Source of the DNA: a virus
Taxonomy: Duplodnaviria; Caudoviricetes
DNA length: 61,652 nucleotides
IMG/VR virus record: IMGVR_UViG_3300025011_000043
Coordinates: 1-61,652 of that record
Reading direction: 5' to 3' (one strand)
This document shows, in pieces, positions 56,434 through 61,652 of this stretch. The position numbers and the translations under genes are program-made. The notes below the pieces were generated by a model. That model did no database searches. It worked only from the letters and a program-made list of their open reading frames with translations, and was not told where the DNA came from. Positions within the stretch are counted from its first letter, which is position 1. Each line of letters begins with the position of its first letter.

Positions 56434-58220
56434 TGTATTTAAGCAGCATTTTAGAAGAAACTTTAGGTTATGCCCGTCTTGGTTGGTGTGTTATTCCTCT
56501 CAATATGAAAATACCTTTGATTAAGAATTGGACCAAAATAGCCACGACAAATGAGCAACAAATAACTAAATGGGCAAATAAATACAAAGGTTGCAATTTT
56601 GGCTTAGCTACTGGCAGGGAATCCGGTATTCTAGTTTTAGATATAGATAAGAAAAACGATGGTTTAAAATCACTGGAAGACTTACAGACTAAACACGGTA
56701 AACTACCCACCACTGTTACTTGTAATACGGGTGGGGGTGGTAAACAATATTATTTCTGTTATCCCGAAGATAGAAAAATAAAAAACGCCGTAGAATTTTA
56801 TCCTGGTATGGATATAAGGACAATCGGCGGGCAAGTAGTGTTACCGCCGGGTAAACACCCGAGCGGCAAAAGATATGAATGGGTAAAAGGTTACGGCCCC
56901 GGTGATGTGGGCATCATGAGTGCACCGGAATGGCTTTTAGACCTGATGGAGTCAGCGAGTAACGGTAAAAATACTAATGTTGAAATTATCTCCGGTAATA
57001 TCAGTGCTGGACAGCGGAATGCTAAATTAACAAGTTTAGCAGGTAGTATGCGGCAAAAAGGGCTTAATTTTGATGAAATACTAGCCGCTCTTACTGTTAC
57101 AAACGAAACTAGATGCGAACCTCCTGTAAGCGATAATGAGCTAAAAACAATAATAAAAAGTGTTTGCAGGTATAAACCTGGAGATGAGTTTATACATGAC
57201 TTTGATCTACCAGGTGATGCTGTAGTTGTGAGATTGTCAGATGTTAAGGTTGAGGATTTATCTTGGCTTTGGCATCCTTACATACCTTATGGGAAATTAA
57301 CCTTGATGGAGGGAGATCCTGGTGAAGGTAAGACTTTTATAAGTCTAGCCATAACTGCGGCACTAACAAGTGGAGATAGCTTACCCGGGAGGGAAAAGAC
57401 AAGTCCTGTTTCGGTTATATATATAACAGCAGAGGATGGGTTAGGTGACACTCTGAGGCCGAGACTGGATAGTTTAAAGGCTGATGTAAGTAAGGTACAT
57501 GCAATTACAGGTGTTAAAGATGTTAACGGGGATATACTGCCTTGGAACATGAAGCAAATTAACGAACTCGAGACAGTAGTAAACAATACTGGTGCCAGAC
57601 TTGTTATCATAGATCCTTTACAGGCTTTTTTAGGTGCAGATGTTGACTTCCATAAAGCTAATGAGACGAGGCCGCGCATGACTGGGCTTGTTAGTATGGC
57701 CGAAAGAACGGGATGTGCAGTTGTTTGCCTAAGACACTTGTCTAAGTCAACAGGTACTAAGGCAGCATACAGAGGTTTAGGATCTATTGACTTTACCGCC
57801 GTTGCCAGAAGTGTGTTACTGGTTGGCAAAGACCAGAATGGTACGAATAGAGCTGTGGTACATGTTAAATCTTCACTAGCACCTGCTGGATCGTCACAAG
57901 GTTTTATACTTGATCCTAGTTTCGGTTTTGCTTGGACAGGTGAATCTTCTACTACTGCAGACGATATATGTAACGCGCCGAAAGACAAAAAAGGCAATAC
58001 TGTTTTGGAATATGCAGTTGAATGGTTAACCGAATTTTTAGAAGACGGACCAAAAGAATTCTCAGAAATAGAAAAAGAGGCCAAAAGGCAAGAAATTAAA
58101 AAACCGACTTTGCATAGAGCAAGAGGGGAATTGAAGAAAAATCCTCTTTTTAGCACCTATAAAAAACCCGGAATACAGCACGGGCCGTGGGTTTGGGAGC
58201 TTAAACAAGATACATTATAG
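56430..58220 (+). CDS. Bifunctional primase-polymerase with PriCT and AAA_25 helicase domains
   Basis: NFGLATG..VLDID, DIRT.GGQVV.PP..H; GQRN..L; GDPGEGKT, VIIDP. Confidence 0.9.
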   Translation: MMYLSSILEETLGYARLGWCVIPLNMKIPLIKNWTKIATTNEQQITKWANKYKGCNFGLATGRESGILVLDIDKKNDGLKSLEDLQTKHGKLPTTVTCNTGGGGKQYYFCYPEDRKIKNAVEFYPGMDIRTIGGQVVLPPGKHPSGKRYEWVKGYGPGDVGIMSAPEWLLDLMESASNGKNTNVEIISGNISAGQRNAKLTSLAGSMRQKGLNFDEILAALTVTNETRCEPPVSDNELKTIIKSVCRYKPGDEFIHDFDLPGDAVVVRLSDVKVEDLSWLWHPYIPYGKLTLMEGDPGEGKTFISLAITAALTSGDSLPGREKTSPVSVIYITAEDGLGDTLRPRLDSLKADVSKVHAITGVKDVNGDILPWNMKQINELETVVNNTGARLVIIDPLQAFLGADVDFHKANETRPRMTGLVSMAERTGCAVVCLRHLSKSTGTKAAYRGLGSIDFTAVARSVLLVGKDQNGTNRAVVHVKSSLAPAGSSQGFILDPSFGFAWTGESSTTADDICNAPKDKKGNTVLEYAVEWLTEFLEDGPKEFSEIEKEAKRQEIKKPTLHRARGELKKNPLFSTYKKPGIQHGPWVWELKQDTL

Positions 58221-58539
58221 TTCAACATGATCAAGATAATCAAACATACTCTTATTACACAAAATGATCACCTTGAATTCTTTAAAAAAAACTATATATA
58301 TCAAGGGTTGTAAGTGTGTTTTCAAGGTGATCATAGTAAATCTTGACTTACAAAAAAAAGTAAATTTATTTTTACAATATGTGGTAGTCAAGATAATCAC
58401 ATGATCATCTTGAACACGTTGTCTTAACCCTTGATTTTACTGGGCTGGAGTCAACTTGATCAACTTGATCAACGTTTATCGTAAGGACAATTTAAAAATA
58501 TTTGATCGAGTTGGTTCAAACCATTGATTTTACTGGGTT
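58221..58539. repeat. Repeat-rich non-coding region, candidate replication origin
   Basis: 14-bp IR at 58264/58321, TCAAGATAATCA x2, tandem TCAACTTGA, TTGATTTTACTGGG x2. Confidence 0.6.
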
Positions 58540-58565
58540 TTTAATTCCGTGAAAGGAGTGTTTTT

Positions 58566-59141
58566 ATGACCATCTTAGGCATAAAACCGATAGAGACGCT
58601 TTACAGGGGGTATAAGTTTAGGAGTAGACTTGAAGCACGTTGGGCAGTTTTCTTTGATACTCTTGGGTTTAAATACGAGTATGAGAAAGAAGGATTTGAG
58701 TTAAGTACAGGTGAGCGGTATTTACCAGATTTCTATTTACCAGAAGATAAACTGTGGGTTGAGGTTAAAGGCGACCAACCAAATAGCAAATACGTAAAGA
58801 TGCTTAAATCATTCTCTGATCAGTTAGGTAGTGCTTTACTGCTGGCCGTTGGTATACCGGGAGAAAACCAAATACAAATCTTGGCCTACGATACATGTGA
58901 TAGCGGCGCTGGAAACTATGATGGGTACGTTGATATAGTGGCGGCGAAAAAAGGCAGATTACAGTTAGTTACGTGTTCTGACAGTAGAGTTGTGTGGGAC
59001 AGAACTATCTATTCGGACGAGTTTTTTGAGTGTGATCTAGATGTTAGTTATTTACCTAACCGTGTCATGTTCCATAGTGTTGCTAAAGCTGTGGATGCGG
59101 CTAAATCAGCTAGATTTGAATTTGGAGAAACTCCTCGGTGA
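58566..59141 (+). CDS. PD-(D/E)XK nuclease-like protein
   Basis: FRSRLEARWA.FFD, YEYE, YLPDF, EVKG. Confidence 0.8.
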   Translation: MTILGIKPIETLYRGYKFRSRLEARWAVFFDTLGFKYEYEKEGFELSTGERYLPDFYLPEDKLWVEVKGDQPNSKYVKMLKSFSDQLGSALLLAVGIPGENQIQILAYDTCDSGAGNYDGYVDIVAAKKGRLQLVTCSDSRVVWDRTIYSDEFFECDLDVSYLPNRVMFHSVAKAVDAAKSARFEFGETPR

Positions 59142-59425
59142 GAGAGTCGTCCATAGAAAAAAAGTTAAAAACTGAAGTAGAAAAACACGGAGGAAAAGCC
59201 TATAAATTCGTTTCTCCTGGAACGTCAGGAGTGCCAGATCGGATTGTTCTTTTCCCAGGAGGCAGATTGTTTTTTGTAGAGTTAAAGGCACCAGGAAAAA
59301 ACTTAGAACCGTTGCAGGCAAAAAGAAAAAAGGAATTAGAGCAACTTGGTTTTAAAGTTTTTAAAATAGATACTTTTGCAGGAGTGGACGAATTTTTAAA
59401 AGAGGTTTTGCAAGATGGAGTTTAA
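59138..59425 (+). CDS. VRR-NUC nuclease
   Basis: ESSIE, KFVSPG..GVPDR, FVELK.PG, Q. Confidence 0.9.
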   Translation: MRESSIEKKLKTEVEKHGGKAYKFVSPGTSGVPDRIVLFPGGRLFFVELKAPGKNLEPLQAKRKKELEQLGFKVFKIDTFAGVDEFLKEVLQDGV

Positions 59426-60872
59426 ACCGCACGTTTACCAGGACCATGCAATTAAGCAAATTATAAATTTACCGGCAACAGGATTGTTCCTCGATATGGG
59501 TATGGGTAAGACGGTATGTACGCTGACAGCAATATCCGAATTGCAATATGACTACTTCCACGTTGCAAAAACTTTAGTCATAGCACCACTCAGAGTTGCA
59601 GAAGACACCTGGGGTAGCGAGGTGGCGAAATGGGACCATATAAAACATCTCCGGGTATCAAAGGTATTGGGTTCTGCGAATGAGCGTTTAAATGCGCTAC
59701 AAACACCTGCTGATATTTATATAATCAACAGGGAGAACGTTTTATGGTTATGTGAGCAGTATGGTGAATTCGTGAGTAAGGGAAAACCCAAAGTAGGAGC
59801 AGACGGAAAAGAGATACAACCGAAAATATGGCTTTGGCGTAAAGTATGGCCGTTCGACATGGTGGTAATAGACGAGTTAAGCAGTTTTAAGGACCACAGC
59901 ACAGTAAGATTCGGGATGCTGCGAAGAGTCAGACCGCATGTAGAAAGGATAGTGGGGTTGACAGGTACTCCTGCACCTAACGGATTGGTTGATTTATGGT
60001 CACAGATATTCCTATTAGATTTCGGGGAGAGGTTAGGGAGAACCGTTACAAGCTACAGAGAGCGGTATTTTGACAGAGGAAAGATGATTTACCGAAAAGG
60101 GAAAAAAGTTAAAAGTGAGTTTGGATATGAACCTAAAGACGGGGCAGACACAGCGATCCATAACAAGATATCGGATATATGTGTCAGCATGAGTGCGAAG
60201 GACTGGCTAGCCTTACCTGAACGAATTAATAACACTGTTACGGTTAAAATGTCAGATGCGGAAAAACGTAACTACAAGGTCATGGAGCGTAACAAGCTAT
60301 TGGAATTCGCTGAGGGTGATGTTGTAGCTAACACAGCAGCAGTGCTGAGTAATAAATTGCTGCAGATGGCTAACGGGGCCGTATATGATGAAAATAAATT
60401 AGTCCAGGAGATACACAAGGCTAAATTGTTAGCACTGGATGACTTGATAGAATCAGCTAACGGAAAGCCCGTCATGGTGTTTTATTACTACGAGCACGAC
60501 CTGATCCGATTACAGGAACATCTTAAGAAGTTAAAACCGAGAATACTGAAAAAATCCAAGGATATAGAGGACTGGAACAATAAAAAGATCCAGGTGCTGT
60601 TAGTACATCCGCAGTCAGCAGGACACGGACTGAACCTGCAGGCTGGAGGAAATATAATCATCTGGTTTAGTCTCACATGGTCGCTTGAATTTTATTTGCA
60701 GGCTAATGCGAGACTTGATAGACAAGGACAAACAGAAGCGGTTATCGTTCACCATTTAGTTACCGAGGGAACGATAGACGAAGATGTTATGAGAGCACTG
60801 GCAGGCAAGGCAGAAGGACAAACTGCACTGCTTGAAGCTGTCAAGGCACGAATAGAAAAATTAAAGGGGTGA
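59415..60872 (+). CDS. SNF2-family helicase
   Basis: DMGMGKT, IDELS, LTGTP, GHGLNLQ, QANARL.RQGQ. Confidence 0.92.
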   Translation: MEFKPHVYQDHAIKQIINLPATGLFLDMGMGKTVCTLTAISELQYDYFHVAKTLVIAPLRVAEDTWGSEVAKWDHIKHLRVSKVLGSANERLNALQTPADIYIINRENVLWLCEQYGEFVSKGKPKVGADGKEIQPKIWLWRKVWPFDMVVIDELSSFKDHSTVRFGMLRRVRPHVERIVGLTGTPAPNGLVDLWSQIFLLDFGERLGRTVTSYRERYFDRGKMIYRKGKKVKSEFGYEPKDGADTAIHNKISDICVSMSAKDWLALPERINNTVTVKMSDAEKRNYKVMERNKLLEFAEGDVVANTAAVLSNKLLQMANGAVYDENKLVQEIHKAKLLALDDLIESANGKPVMVFYYYEHDLIRLQEHLKKLKPRILKKSKDIEDWNNKKIQVLLVHPQSAGHGLNLQAGGNIIIWFSLTWSLEFYLQANARLDRQGQTEAVIVHHLVTEGTIDEDVMRALAGKAEGQTALLEAVKARIEKLKG

Positions 60873-60875
60873 GGT

Positions 60876-61076
60876 TTGATGCTACATACCAGAATGTTGA
60901 AAGCATCGTCGAACGAGTTTTGGAAACTGTTTTGTGAGACAAGCCCACCGGATCACAACGTAAAAGATTACAACTGTCCGATGTTAGCACCAGCACATAG
61001 GGGCGGCGGCAGCAAGAGCGGTAAAAGAAAAAAGAAAAAAAATCTATCTGATTTGAGGAAATATGTATTGCAATGA
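60876..61076 (+). CDS. Basic hypothetical protein
   Basis: RBS GGGGTG; operon end. Confidence 0.45.
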   Translation: MMLHTRMLKASSNEFWKLFCETSPPDHNVKDYNCPMLAPAHRGGGSKSGKRKKKKNLSDLRKYVLQ

Positions 61077-61186
61077 TATTGACACATATGGTATACTAGC
61101 GACATGTCGTATACCCTAAACGTAACAAGCGCCTGAGCAGGGCGCTTTTTATTATGCGTATTTTGAGGGAGGGGTTTGGTTATGAT

Positions 61187-61321
61187 ATGAAAAGAACCTT
61201 GATTAAAGCCGTTGAGTTTGGTATGAGTGCAGAAACTGCAACTGAGATACTCCAAAACGTTATGTGTAGAACTATCAGGGACGGTGTAAAGATTGAGTTA
61301 GACAATGCCTCCGAAGTCTAA
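61187..61321 (+). CDS. Small hypothetical protein (44 aa)
   Basis: MKRTLIKAVEFGMSAETATEILQ...; overlaps HNH start. Confidence 0.4.
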   Translation: MKRTLIKAVEFGMSAETATEILQNVMCRTIRDGVKIELDNASEV

Positions 61322-61652
61322 GCGGCCATGTTCTTACCCTGGATGTAGTCAGTTGACTACTGAGCGATTCTGTGAGAAACATAAGAAGCAGGAAGCTAAA
61401 CGTTATGACGAGCGCAGAGGTAGTTCTGCGAGTCGTGGGTACGGCTTTAGATGGCAGAGGTATCGTAAAGGGTTTTTGTATGAGAATCCGTTGTGTGTTA
61501 AGTGTGAAGCTGTAGGCAAGCTTACACCATCGACTGACGTTGACCATATTAAGGCTGTGAGTGGCCCGAGTGATCCAATGTTTTGGTTGCCCAGTAACCA
61601 TCAGGCGCTATGCCATAGCTGCCATAGCAGAAAAACCGTTATGGAAGACGGT
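61305..61652 (+). CDS. Packaging-associated HNH endonuclease (HK97 gp74-like), truncated by window end
   Basis: MP..SKRPC.YPGC..C..H..RG.S..RGY..W..PLC..C..VDHI..N.QALC..CHSRKT; not in ORF track because it has no stop in the window. Confidence 0.9.
   Translation, partial: MPPKSKRPCSYPGCSQLTTERFCEKHKKQEAKRYDERRGSSASRGYGFRWQRYRKGFLYENPLCVKCEAVGKLTPSTDVDHIKAVSGPSDPMFWLPSNHQALCHSCHSRKTVMEDG

Noticed and set aside
57287-58156. 289-aa minus-strand ORF and similar antisense ORFs
   Set aside because: Shadow frames of well-supported plus-strand genes; no RBS or motifs
1-61652. tRNA, rRNA, IS elements, introns or inteins
   Set aside because: None recognised; TerL, polymerase and helicases are of normal length. 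A covariance search could still find small RNAs

Overview
Near-complete (~61.7 kb) genome of a temperate-type siphovirus of a Firmicutes host (inferred from GGAGG RBSs, sigmaA promoters and an amidase endolysin). It runs from the terminase small subunit through HK97-type head, tail, lysis, accessory, CI/Cro, DNA-metabolism and replication modules to a packaging HNH gene cut by the window end. I see no integrase. A Par-like HTH/coiled-coil gene with internal repeats and an antisense-type leader suggests a plasmid-like prophage. The standout is a cassette between the tail chaperone and tape measure (TMP) genes (13.4-15.05 kb). It encodes a stand-alone RAMP/Cas7-like protein and an HNH nuclease, followed by two non-coding arrays of 5-nt GGH-NN units separated by a complete type II hammerhead ribozyme. 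Read as codon positions 1-2 with the wobble base skipped, the NN dinucleotides of both arrays spell variants of two segments of the adjacent TMP gene. The phage's own TMP uses the other Leu/Ser codon family at all six shared Leu/Ser positions. This fits an RNA-guided, gapped-code system (VIPR-like) aimed at TMP alleles of related phages, with ribozyme-processed guides and possibly nuclease-driven homing. Other notable signals: a shared C-terminal MLG tail on six unrelated proteins, an out-of-frame second subunit inside the C5 methyltransferase gene, two -1 frameshift sites, an ATT-started connector gene and an in-frame TGA gene. Family assignments are from motif recognition only; no database searches were run.
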